A DNA stretch of 64,000 nt from Marispirochaeta sp. (GTDB lineage Bacteria; Spirochaetota; Spirochaetia; JC444; Marispirochaetaceae). Under the pieces are notes generated by a model. That model saw only the letters and a program-made list of their open reading frames with translations. It searched no databases and was not told the origin of the DNA. The stretch covers positions 704,001-768,000 of the forward strand of contig CAXXFF010000002.1 in NCBI GenBank assembly GCA_963676835.2, given 5' to 3'. The position numbers and the translations under genes are program-made. Shown one piece after another: positions 18,102 through 26,956 of the stretch (position 1 is its first letter; every line of letters begins with the position of its first letter).

Positions 18102-19583
18102 ATGAATTTTGTCAAACTAAAAAAACCGCTATTTGCGCCCTGTTTTTTAATTATTGTATTGTTACTTTCTACTTGTGTATCAAATCCTGGTGGTGAACTT
18201 TTTAGTTCTAAGGTTGAATTAAATCCTGCGTTGTCAGGAACACTATTAATAAATTATCTTGTATCAGATTCTGATTCAAATACCTGGATATCTAGAGCGA
18301 TAACAGACTATCTTATATCTGAACTGAGTGATGTTGAAGAATTAACTATTATCTCCCGTGATGATTTAGATGCTATTATGGATGAACAAAGCATTTCTCT
18401 TGCCGGTCTTACTGATAAAGAAGTTGAGATCGGAAAATTGCTAAGTGCTGATACGATTTTAAAAGGTAAATACAGCGTACAGAATTCAAGATTACTTTTG
18501 AATATGCGTTTAATCGACAGTGTATCCTCGAAAATATTGTACTCTTTTTATATAGATGAACCAATAAACATGTTGCCTCATATTCAATCTAAGTTGCTGT
18601 TTGATTTTTATGAGTATGCAGGGATTCCGATTAACATGAATAGACTTGCAGCAAAGGATTACCCTGTTACAAAAGATGATCTAAACTTATATTACCGCGC
18701 TGAAGAATTGTATGAGGCAGGACGAAAGGATGATTCTCTGTCTCTAATTGATATATTAACCAGTCAAAATAGCCTTTTTACACCGGCAGTGGAATTAAAA
18801 AATGATATTAAAGGTATAGCTAACGTCTCGGGGAAAAAAATAATAAACAATTTGGATCAAGAACTTCGAAATAGATATTTGTATGCTAATCAATTTATAA
18901 ATCTTCAACAATATCTTTACATGTCTGGGTATGATATAAAAATTAAAGAATTCACTTTTGATACTCCAGATGGAAAAGATTATGTTCTCGGTTTAAAAGT
19001 AGCAGCTGTATTAAAAGAAGATGCTTCAAAAATAGTACGTCAGTTTATTGAAAATAATCCTTACTTTGGATTAGGGCAGCATTTGGGATCTCGGGACGAT
19101 GTTTATATAAATTTTGATAGTTCAATGCCTAATCGCGGAACTTTTCAAATACGAGCGGATGACAATATGAAAAAAATGCTAGGAAATGATGAGTTGAGAG
19201 GCTCCGACTATAAATTCGGAGACTCCTATTATTCTTTATCATTTTTAGATGAAGATAATTCTCCTTATTGGATTCTTGACTTTTATGAAAGAGGTTCAAG
19301 TTATTATCGAGAAAATGATGACTCTGTGAATCGGATATTTAAGGATATAGAAATAATCATGACTGATTTTTCAACATTATTACATAGTGATGTTGGTTAC
19401 TTGTCAATGTACTATAAAATAGATGATTTAAACTTTATAATTTGTGGATTACCGAGGCGATTAGTTGAAAATTTGATACAAATTGATTTAACACTTGGAA
19501 TGCGCAGATCAGATTCTGCCTCAACCTGGAAGAGTTTAGATAATGCAATCCATAAGCGCATCTTTCAAGATTTTATTAAATAA
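18102..19583 (+). CDS. Putative lipoprotein with CsgG/TolB-N/FlgO-like domain and TPR-like helix
   Basis: GAGGT RBS; LLLSTC lipobox-like site; IISRDDLDAIMDEQ...EIGKLLSADTILKG motif; LYYRAEELYEAG TPR-like helix. Confidence 0.65.
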   Translation: MNFVKLKKPLFAPCFLIIVLLLSTCVSNPGGELFSSKVELNPALSGTLLINYLVSDSDSNTWISRAITDYLISELSDVEELTIISRDDLDAIMDEQSISLAGLTDKEVEIGKLLSADTILKGKYSVQNSRLLLNMRLIDSVSSKILYSFYIDEPINMLPHIQSKLLFDFYEYAGIPINMNRLAAKDYPVTKDDLNLYYRAEELYEAGRKDDSLSLIDILTSQNSLFTPAVELKNDIKGIANVSGKKIINNLDQELRNRYLYANQFINLQQYLYMSGYDIKIKEFTFDTPDGKDYVLGLKVAAVLKEDASKIVRQFIENNPYFGLGQHLGSRDDVYINFDSSMPNRGTFQIRADDNMKKMLGNDELRGSDYKFGDSYYSLSFLDEDNSPYWILDFYERGSSYYRENDDSVNRIFKDIEIIMTDFSTLLHSDVGYLSMYYKIDDLNFIICGLPRRLVENLIQIDLTLGMRRSDSASTWKSLDNAIHKRIFQDFIK

Positions 19584-19730
19584 AGTAAAGAATTGGTATG
19601 GATGCAGTACTGATATTGGTTAATATTTGATGATTATGTATCAGTGCTGTGATAATGCAATTTTGATAAAAGGGAATTCAAGAAAGAGATTATTGTGAAA
19701 CAAAACTAAATAATATTCTGGGAGCGGTGT

Positions 19731-20150
19731 ATGAGTGCTTTAAATCTTGGATACTTAAACATGATAAGAGAAGACAGTTCGTTATATTATAATGAAGAAT
19801 TCAACTACTATTTCTCAAGTAAAATCAATGAATTATTCCTGAAATTTCCGAATTTTCGTGAGTCTATTCAATACCGAAACTACATAGAAGTAGTGAAAAG
19901 TATCGCCCAAGAAGAAGGTAGCAATTTAGTTGATCTTAGGAAAACCAATTATTTTTCAATGTTACTATCATCCTTTGTACAAAGTTCTCCTTTCTTACAG
20001 TATGTATTTCAAAGAATATTTTCATACCGTCCTAATTCAGAATTCAAGGAGGTTCGGTTTGATCAAAGACTTACGCAGCAAGAAGCAGAGATAAAGAGAA
20101 TACAGGCTATGTTCGATGCAGTTGAAAAATATATTTCATCAAAATGCTAA
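19731..20150 (+). CDS. Hypothetical protein in AT-rich island
   Basis: 139-aa ORF with GGAG RBS; predicted helical; no motif. Confidence 0.5.
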   Translation: MSALNLGYLNMIREDSSLYYNEEFNYYFSSKINELFLKFPNFRESIQYRNYIEVVKSIAQEEGSNLVDLRKTNYFSMLLSSFVQSSPFLQYVFQRIFSYRPNSEFKEVRFDQRLTQQEAEIKRIQAMFDAVEKYISSKC

Positions 20151-20313
20151 CTGATTAGATTTAATTGACAGTAGAAAAAATAATACTAGTTTGGAACTGA
20201 TGAGTCACAGTGAAAGTGGCTGTTTCTGAGATAGTGTTATTTGAGGTAATAGACATCTTCAATACCTTGTTTTTAAAGAGTGATCGACATAATGAGGTAA
20301 AAGGATTATCAAA

Positions 20314-22068
20314 ATGAAATTGACCAAATGTACGGTTTGTGGAAATGGTATTATTGTTAAATCCAATGAGAAAATAAAATGTCCACATTGTGGGAAAAGG
20401 TATTCGATTGTTAAACGTACATGTTCTGAAGAAGATTTTTATACAAAAGTAAGAGCCAAGTTATTTTTTGACCTGAATACCCCTAATAATATTATAAATA
20501 AATTAAAGTATCCTAAAAAGGCGTTAAAAGCATTAGTGCCATATTATGAATATAGTATTAGCTATGATTGCGAGTGGCATTCAAGTATAGGTTATAATCA
20601 TACAGAACAGGTTAAAAAGTATAGGGAGGTGTATGAAAATGGAAAAGTTATTCGATTAGAACCTTATCTTGACTATGTTACAAAAACTGATTGGGATTAT
20701 CAAGAAGGATCGTATTCAGATTCGTTATCTTTCTTAACTCCTGTTGTTAAGTCTAATAGTTTTTTATCAAAACAATCTATTGGGTTACTAAGTGGTGTTG
20801 ATATTGGTAAACAAGATATTTGTGATATTTCACCAGAAAGTGATGATTATTTTTTTAATTCAAATTTAGATATAAACCAATATTATGATGAGGTAGCAAA
20901 AGCTGAAGTTAATAAAATTATAGAGCAAGATTTATGGAGCCATCTTCCCGGAGATACACAGAGAGATACCAAGGCGGGTTATCAGCATCATATTAAAAAA
21001 TCGAGATGTATTTATTATCCTGTATGGATCGGTACGTTTGGATATTTTGATAAGAAGTTTACATTATTAGGGGACGGAACTGATCAGAATCTTTTAAGCC
21101 TGAACGAAGGTGAAATACCAGTAGATAAGACTTTTTCAAATGTTCTTAAAAATATAGTGCAACCTTTTAGGTTTGCTTTGATGTCTTGGTATACACTTGC
21201 TGCTGCCTTTTTTTCTTTGATTCTTCTAAAGTTGCCCTTTGATTTTTGTGCACACCCTGAATCTTTCTCAAAATTTAACCAAAAACATTTTTATCCTTTT
21301 AATCAAATTCAGTTTCAATGGCTTATTTTCCATAATAATATCCAGTTGCCTGGTGACCCTATTCAGGCCATTTTTACTATTATTTGGTGGGCGTTCGTCC
21401 CAACCATTTTCTTGATATACTTCATTATATCTTTAGGATATATTGAAAGTGACCAATTTAAGAAAGATAGCAGTAAAGTAAAATCAGCAAGTATAAGTGT
21501 ATTCTTGATTGGATGTTTGTTAATCTTTGGGTTCCTGTTTATTATTCTTAGATATAATAGTTATATTTATCTATTGTTAGATAAAATAATTGCAATTATG
21601 GCTCCTCTCATTTTGCCGGGGCTATGTGTAGTTCTTGTTTTGGGATTTATCAGTTGGTTGATAAAAAAATATTATCTACATTTTAAAATCAGTAATCGCA
21701 TTTTGTCATTGAGAAGGAAAGGTTTAACTCCTAAGGATAAGAACATAAGAAATAGTTTTTCATACAAGTTGGGGTCTTTGAAAAGCCGAACATTAGCATT
21801 TGTGCTATGTGTTTTAACTGGTGTTTTTGGTGGGCACCGGTTATACCTCGGTAAAGGTAAACTCTGGAATTTTGCATATATCATACCCATTCTTTATAAA
21901 GTAGTTAAGAACCCCCAATCTTTCAATATTGGTTATATTGTAGACACAATAATATTTATGGCTCCAATAATGACAATTTTCGTACTTCATGATCTATATA
22001 AAATAATAAAAGGAGAGTTTAAAGTATCAGTTAAGAATGGAAAAGAAAATCCATTAACTGAATGGTAG
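20314..22068 (+). CDS. Zinc-ribbon / multi-TM / TM2-domain membrane protein
   Basis: N-terminal CTVCG..CPHCG, several TM segments, and C-terminal KSRTLAFVLCVLTGVFGGHRLYLGK (TM2/NINE signature). Confidence 0.7.
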   Translation: MKLTKCTVCGNGIIVKSNEKIKCPHCGKRYSIVKRTCSEEDFYTKVRAKLFFDLNTPNNIINKLKYPKKALKALVPYYEYSISYDCEWHSSIGYNHTEQVKKYREVYENGKVIRLEPYLDYVTKTDWDYQEGSYSDSLSFLTPVVKSNSFLSKQSIGLLSGVDIGKQDICDISPESDDYFFNSNLDINQYYDEVAKAEVNKIIEQDLWSHLPGDTQRDTKAGYQHHIKKSRCIYYPVWIGTFGYFDKKFTLLGDGTDQNLLSLNEGEIPVDKTFSNVLKNIVQPFRFALMSWYTLAAAFFSLILLKLPFDFCAHPESFSKFNQKHFYPFNQIQFQWLIFHNNIQLPGDPIQAIFTIIWWAFVPTIFLIYFIISLGYIESDQFKKDSSKVKSASISVFLIGCLLIFGFLFIILRYNSYIYLLLDKIIAIMAPLILPGLCVVLVLGFISWLIKKYYLHFKISNRILSLRRKGLTPKDKNIRNSFSYKLGSLKSRTLAFVLCVLTGVFGGHRLYLGKGKLWNFAYIIPILYKVVKNPQSFNIGYIVDTIIFMAPIMTIFVLHDLYKIIKGEFKVSVKNGKENPLTEW

Positions 22069-22228
22069 TGTCATTCATTGATATTAAACCAACCATCTTA
22101 AATGTTCAAAATAAGGATGCTTTATGTAAGGAGGAGACCCTCTTTTTCCATAAAGAAGAACGGGATTGTCCAAGAATCTGCTCAGACAACCCCTTTTCAT
22201 GTTACTTTTAACCACACTCTGCGGTTTG

Positions 22229-23467
22229 TCAGAACTTCAGTGTCGCGAAATAATCTTCCATGGTTTCCGCCCGTCGGATCAGCTCAGTACTGCCGTCTTC
22301 TTTCAGCAGCACCTCTGCAGAACGCAGCTTGGCGTTATAGTTGAATCCCATGGCATGACCGTGGGCGCCGGTGTTGTGGATGGCAAGAACATCGCCGATT
22401 TCGATTTCCGGGATCTCCCTGTCAATGGCAAACTTATCGTTGTTCTCACAGAGGCTTCCGGTTACATCAGCAGTAAGGCTTTTGGGAGCATTTTCTTTAC
22501 CTAACACCGTAATTTCGTGATAGGCACCGTAGAGTGCAGGGCGCATGAGGTTGGCCATGCAGGAATCCAGACCGATAAAGGTCTTGTAGGTCTCCTTGCG
22601 ATGGAGAACCTGGGTAATCAGGTATCCGTAGGGACCGGTAACCATACGGCCGCACTCCATAACAATACGCATTGAACCCAGTCCTGCCGGGAGAATGGTC
22701 TCTTCGTAGCGTTTCTTAATGCCCGCAGATACCAGTTCCAGATCTACCGCTTTTTCACCCGGCCGGTAGGGGATGCCGATACCGCCGCCGAGGTTTACAA
22801 AATCAAGCTCTATGCCCAGCTCTTTTTTCAGCTCTACTGCGGTGTCAAAGAGGAGCCCGGCAGTTTCTATAAAGTAGTCGGCGTTAAGTTCGTTTGAAGC
22901 AACCATGGTATGCAGGGCAAAGCGGGCTGCCCCCATATCCCGGACTTTTTTGTACCCTTCAAAGAGCTGTTCCCGGGTAAAGCCGTATTTGGCTTCCGTG
23001 GGTTTTCCGATAATGTCGTTACCGCTTTTCAGCTCTCCCGGGTTGTAGCGGAAGCAGATAAGCTCCGGCATGCCGGCGTTGTCCTTCAGGTAGTCGATGT
23101 GGGAAATATCATCCAGGTTGATTACCGCGCCTAACTCTTTTGCCCGCTTGAACTCAATAGCGGGGGTATCGTTTGAGGTAAACATAATGGCTTCTCCGGT
23201 AACTCCCGCCATCTTTGAAAGCTCAAGTTCCGGGAGGGATGAGCAGTCGGTTCCCATGCCCTCCTCTTTGAGGATCTCCATTATCCGGGGGTTGGGCAGT
23301 GCCTTTACGGCAAAATGGTTGACGAATCCGCCGGGAACCCAGTCAAAGGCTTTTTTCAGTCGCCGTGCGTTTTCCCGAATTGCTTTCTCGTCGTAGATAT
23401 GAAAGGGGGTGGGGTATTGTTCAATAATCTTGTCTATCTGCTCTTTGCTGAATGGCAGAGTACTCAT
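22229..23467 (-). CDS. lysA: Diaminopimelate decarboxylase
   Basis: PTPFHIYDE, FAVKALPN (PLP lysine), NLGGGIG, ECGR, GSLCENND and GAHGHAMGFNYN. Confidence 0.93.
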   Translation of the reverse strand: MSTLPFSKEQIDKIIEQYPTPFHIYDEKAIRENARRLKKAFDWVPGGFVNHFAVKALPNPRIMEILKEEGMGTDCSSLPELELSKMAGVTGEAIMFTSNDTPAIEFKRAKELGAVINLDDISHIDYLKDNAGMPELICFRYNPGELKSGNDIIGKPTEAKYGFTREQLFEGYKKVRDMGAARFALHTMVASNELNADYFIETAGLLFDTAVELKKELGIELDFVNLGGGIGIPYRPGEKAVDLELVSAGIKKRYEETILPAGLGSMRIVMECGRMVTGPYGYLITQVLHRKETYKTFIGLDSCMANLMRPALYGAYHEITVLGKENAPKSLTADVTGSLCENNDKFAIDREIPEIEIGDVLAIHNTGAHGHAMGFNYNAKLRSAEVLLKEDGSTELIRRAETMEDYFATLKF

Positions 23468-23537
23468 AACAGTTCCGTCCTTGTGAAAAAAGGTAAAAAT
23501 ATGTCCGTACTAACAGTACGAATGCCGGGCTTTATGG

Positions 23538-24455
23538 TCAAGCCGCGGCGGAAGGGCTCTCCTTCGGGGAGGAGGTTCCAAGACGAACAGCGGCAATAAC
23601 CAGAAGACCCCAGCCGATCTGAGCTGCCGAGAGGGTTTCCCCCAGCATTCCCCAGCCGAGGATTACGGTAATTACCGGAATAAGATTGATGAAAAGTGAT
23701 GCACGTGCAGCGGGAACAAAGGTCTGGCCGTAATTATAGAGACCGAAGCCGCCGTAGGTGACAAAAAGCCCCAGAAACAGGACTGAAAGAATTACCGGCA
23801 GAGACCAGGCTTCCGGGGGAACTGCGGGCAGAAGCCTTACGGCGGGCAGAAAAAAGAGAAAACCCCCGGCTACCTGAAAGGCCGTCAGACTCCAGCTGCT
23901 GTAGCGTCTGGCCAGGCTTTTTACCAGCAGAAAATTTCCCGCCGAGGCCGCCATGGCAACGGTTTCCAGGATATTGCCCAGTACTGGATTGGTTCCAGCC
24001 GTTTCAGAGCTGCCGGAATGGGGGCTGCCCAGGGTGAGCCCGATGATACCTGCGATACTGAGGGCCAGGGCAGCCCACTGCCGGGGTCCCATTGCCTCCT
24101 TGAGAAAGATGAGTGCTCCCAGGGCCACAAATACCGGGACCGTGGAGGCGATAATTCCCGCCTGGCTTGCACTGGTGAGAATAAGGGCCCGGGATTCCAG
24201 TGAGAAGTAGATTCCCGGCTGCAGGAGTACCATGGGGAGTATAAAAAGCAGATCCCGGGGACGGAGGTTTCCGGGGATAAGCATGCGGGCCGCGGGTATA
24301 AGCAGAATCAGGGTTATGGCCATCCGCAGCCAGATAACCAGACCCGGCGGCAGGGCGGCAACTGCAACCCTCATGGCGATGAAAGAGCCCGCCCAGAGCA
24401 GTGCTGCGCCGGTCAGGGCTATATAGGCGATATTTCTGTTACCTGTCAGTTTCAT
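23538..24455 (-). CDS. DMT/EamA family transporter
   Basis: LLWAGSFIA, two EamA repeats, about 10 TMs, and LIPVITVILGWGMLGE. Confidence 0.9.
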   Translation of the reverse strand: MKLTGNRNIAYIALTGAALLWAGSFIAMRVAVAALPPGLVIWLRMAITLILLIPAARMLIPGNLRPRDLLFILPMVLLQPGIYFSLESRALILTSASQAGIIASTVPVFVALGALIFLKEAMGPRQWAALALSIAGIIGLTLGSPHSGSSETAGTNPVLGNILETVAMAASAGNFLLVKSLARRYSSWSLTAFQVAGGFLFFLPAVRLLPAVPPEAWSLPVILSVLFLGLFVTYGGFGLYNYGQTFVPAARASLFINLIPVITVILGWGMLGETLSAAQIGWGLLVIAAVRLGTSSPKESPSAAA

Positions 24456-24509
24456 GAATTACAATATAGTGATTCCGGTTTCAGAAAGATTGGAAAATAT
24501 TGCTTTTCT

Positions 24510-25355
24510 TTAATGGCGGATGGTTCCCTTCAGATAATCTCCCGGAGAAAGTCCCGTATAGGCGTGAAAGGTGTTGGTAAAGTGACTCTGGTCGTAGAAG
24601 CCCATGGAGAGGGCGGTTTCTGTGGGGGTCAGCCCCTGACGCAAAAGACTCTTTGCCATACCGATCCGTTTCTGGGTACGGTATGCATGGGGAGAGACTC
24701 CATAGGCCTTACGAAAGGCCCGGATAAAGTGGTAGCTGCTCATTCCCGCAGCAGATGCGGCATCAGCCAGGCTGAGTTTAGAGTCCAGGGCGGAAGAGAG
24801 AAACTCCGCACCCCGGCTGAGTCCGGGATGGTCATAAAAAGGGGGCTGCCGGAGCGGACGGTCTCTTTCAGCCCGGAGAAGAAGCTGCCCGATAAGGGCA
24901 AATACGGTTTCATCCTTTCCCAGGTCTCCGGCAATATCCTCTTTTGCTTTCTGGATACGCCCATAGGCCCTGTTCATTGCTGCCTGTTCTTCCGGTCTGC
25001 CGGTGAAGGTGAGGGGAAACTCCGGGGGGCTTGGTGAACCCTCCTCGATTTCTTCCGCAATACTGCAGAACTTTGCGGCATTTATGGAGATCATGCGGTA
25101 GCTTACGGGATCCCCTGAAACGGGAACCCCGGAGTGAACCTGTCCCGGGTTGATGATAAAAAAACTGCCGGCTCCAGCCAGGGTCTCCTCTTTTTCCGGT
25201 CCGTAACAGTATGTTTCACCCTGATCCATAAGACCGATTATGTAGTAGGTTTCGTGGGAGTGTTTGGGAAACACGTGAGAACTCCGGTGTACACCCATCA
25301 GGGCAATGCCGGATTCCGGATCACGGTAGCTGAAATCGGCTTTTTCACGGGACAC
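24510..25355 (-). CDS. AraC-family transcriptional regulator (cupin + HTH); probable GTG start at 25355
   Basis: FPKHSHETY cupin motif; MSSYHFIRAFRKAYGVSP and GFYDQSHFTNTF HTH motifs; GGAGG 9 nt upstream of the GTG. Confidence 0.9.
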   Translation of the reverse strand: MSREKADFSYRDPESGIALMGVHRSSHVFPKHSHETYYIIGLMDQGETYCYGPEKEETLAGAGSFFIINPGQVHSGVPVSGDPVSYRMISINAAKFCSIAEEIEEGSPSPPEFPLTFTGRPEEQAAMNRAYGRIQKAKEDIAGDLGKDETVFALIGQLLLRAERDRPLRQPPFYDHPGLSRGAEFLSSALDSKLSLADAASAAGMSSYHFIRAFRKAYGVSPHAYRTQKRIGMAKSLLRQGLTPTETALSMGFYDQSHFTNTFHAYTGLSPGDYLKGTIRH

Positions 25356-25426
25356 GGCGGCATACCTCCCCAGGAGTGTTAATTGAACGACTTTTGGCTT
25401 ACTTCCGTCAAGTGTCGGCGTTAGTA

Positions 25427-25561
25427 TTTTCTGTATGCAGAAAATAATCCGAAAAATGGAAAAAGATTTCTGTATAAAGAAAATATGTGGAGAAATTGTA
25501 AAAGTTTTTTGTATGTAGAAAACTTTCAATAAATATGCTATTCTTTTCTGTATGGAGAAAA
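25427..25561. repeat. Array of four 18-bp palindromic repeats (consensus TTTTCTGTATGNAGAAAA) with 21-bp unique spacers, 39-bp period
   Basis: Repeats at 25427-25444, 25466-25483, 25505-25522 and 25544-25561, read directly. Confidence 0.9.
25536..25544 (+). promoter_or_regulatory. Putative extended -10 element (TG-c-TATTCT) placing +1 at the ATG of the ATPase
   Basis: TATTCT at 25539-25544 lies 7 nt before the A of ATG 25552; no Shine-Dalgarno sequence seen. Confidence 0.4.
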
Positions 25562-26763
25562 AATCGCTTTTCCGGAAAACATATCTCGACCAGCTGAAAT
25601 CCTGGCAGGATTCCCCTGTGATTAAAATAATCACAGGGATGCGCCGGGTTGGTAAGAGTACCCTTCTTCAGCAGTGGATGGATTATCTGCAGAAAAATGA
25701 AGGGGTAACACCGGAGAATCTGCTGTTTATTCCTTGTGATTCTCTTGAGTACAGTGAGCTCAAGACGTACCGGCAATTGAAAGAGCTGATACTTCCAATT
25801 CAAAAACAAGAGGGAAAAAAATACCTGCTGATTGATGAAATACAGCAGATTGATGAATGGGAAAGGGTTATAACCGCTCTTCATCGGGATCCGGGCTGGG
25901 ATATATATATTACCGGTTCAAACTCTGAAATGCTCTCCAGTGAACTGGCAACCAGGATAAGCGGTCGTTATGTGACGATGCAGATATTTCCCTTCAGCTA
26001 CAGAGAACATCTTGCGATTAAGGAAATTGATCAGCATGTTCCAGAAGAATTCCTGAAATATCTGGAATCCGGAGGAATGCCGGTACTCTACCATGTAGCC
26101 GATGAGCCGGCCATGAAAGCTCAGATTCTTGAATCTATTTATGACACAATAGTTCTGAAGGATATTATTGAACGGAACAATATTCGAAATGTGGACTTGC
26201 TGGATCGTATTACGCGGTTTTTCATGGATAATATTGGAAATATTTCAAATGCAAATAGAATTGCCGGGTATTTTAAATCCCAGCGTGTTTCTGTAGGTGT
26301 AGAAACAGTGCAAAATTATCTGCAGTACCTGGAGAGATGCTTTGTTCTACACCGGGCGCAACGCTATGATCTGAAGGGTAAACGGCTTCTTGAGGTTAAT
26401 GAAAAACTCTTTGCTTCTGACACAGGTATAAGAAATGCGGTGCTTCGAAAAAAAACGGAAGATATTGCAGGACTTCTGGAAAATGTTGTGTATCTGGAAC
26501 TACTGAGACGAGGATATAAGGTTACGGTGGGTCATGCCGGAAGCTGGGAGATTGATTTTATCGCTGAGAAAAGCGGTGTCCGTGAGTACATTCAGGTGAG
26601 CTACCTGTTGTCATCTCCTGAAACCCGTGAACGGGAGTTCCGCTCACTGGAACTGATAGATGATAATTATCCGAAGACAGTGTTATCCCTCGATTCTGTA
26701 GACCTTGGCCGAAACGGTATCCGCCATATGCTGCTGCCTGAGTGGCTGTTGAAAGATTCCTGA
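25552..26763 (+). CDS. AAA+ ATPase (AAA_14) with C-terminal DUF4143 nuclease-like domain, COG1373-like
   Basis: Walker A GMRRVGKS, Walker B LLIDEIQ, ITGSNS, and C-terminal DTGIRN..LLENVVYLELLRRG..EIDFIA..YIQV. Confidence 0.9.
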   Translation: MEKKSLFRKTYLDQLKSWQDSPVIKIITGMRRVGKSTLLQQWMDYLQKNEGVTPENLLFIPCDSLEYSELKTYRQLKELILPIQKQEGKKYLLIDEIQQIDEWERVITALHRDPGWDIYITGSNSEMLSSELATRISGRYVTMQIFPFSYREHLAIKEIDQHVPEEFLKYLESGGMPVLYHVADEPAMKAQILESIYDTIVLKDIIERNNIRNVDLLDRITRFFMDNIGNISNANRIAGYFKSQRVSVGVETVQNYLQYLERCFVLHRAQRYDLKGKRLLEVNEKLFASDTGIRNAVLRKKTEDIAGLLENVVYLELLRRGYKVTVGHAGSWEIDFIAEKSGVREYIQVSYLLSSPETREREFRSLELIDDNYPKTVLSLDSVDLGRNGIRHMLLPEWLLKDS

Positions 26764-26880
26764 ACGATTGCAGTTAGCTGTTCTGTATCTGCTTGTTTAA
26801 AACTCAGATTCTACATTTTATTTAAATTTTTTTCTCTTTTCCTGAAGCACCAGACTGATTCTCCGGTTTCATTCAGTAGA

Positions 26881-26930
26881 GTTCACCTATCGTTACAATA
26901 GTTCAACTATCGTTCAACAATAGTTCAACT
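26881..26930 (+). repeat. 11-bp-period direct repeats GTTCAAC(T/A)AT(C/A) upstream of dprA
   Basis: gttcacctatc / gttacaata / gttcaactatc / gttcaacaata / gttcaact. Confidence 0.8.
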
Positions 26931-26956
26931 CAAGTCTGATGCTCCGGGAGTAGACA

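Noticed and set aside
20197..20226. CTGATGA followed by a hairpin, resembling a hammerhead ribozyme core
   Set aside because: The stem (GTCAC/GTGGC) is followed by TGTTTC rather than GAAA, and no stems I/III with a cleavage triplet could be built.
16473..22147. CCCTCTTTT at both flanks of the AT-rich island as a possible target-site duplication
   Set aside because: Only 9 low-complexity bases, and the left copy is the RBS of the activase gene, so chance is likely.
17400..22200. Integron cassette array interpretation of the island
   Set aside because: No integrase, and no convincing repeated RYYYAAC...GTTRRRY attC structures could be seen by eye.
25427..25561. Calling the array a canonical CRISPR
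   Set aside because: Repeats are only 18 bp and degenerate, spacers are 21 bp, the last repeat overlaps a start codon, and no cas gene is in the window.
25356..25884. N-terminal extension of the AraC ORF (to 25634) and ORF 25408-25884 with 13-aa periodic IQK/HTE motifs
   Set aside because: The periodicity is just the 39-bp DNA array read in frame. Both overlap the ATPase gene antisense, and a good RBS+GTG exists at 25355.
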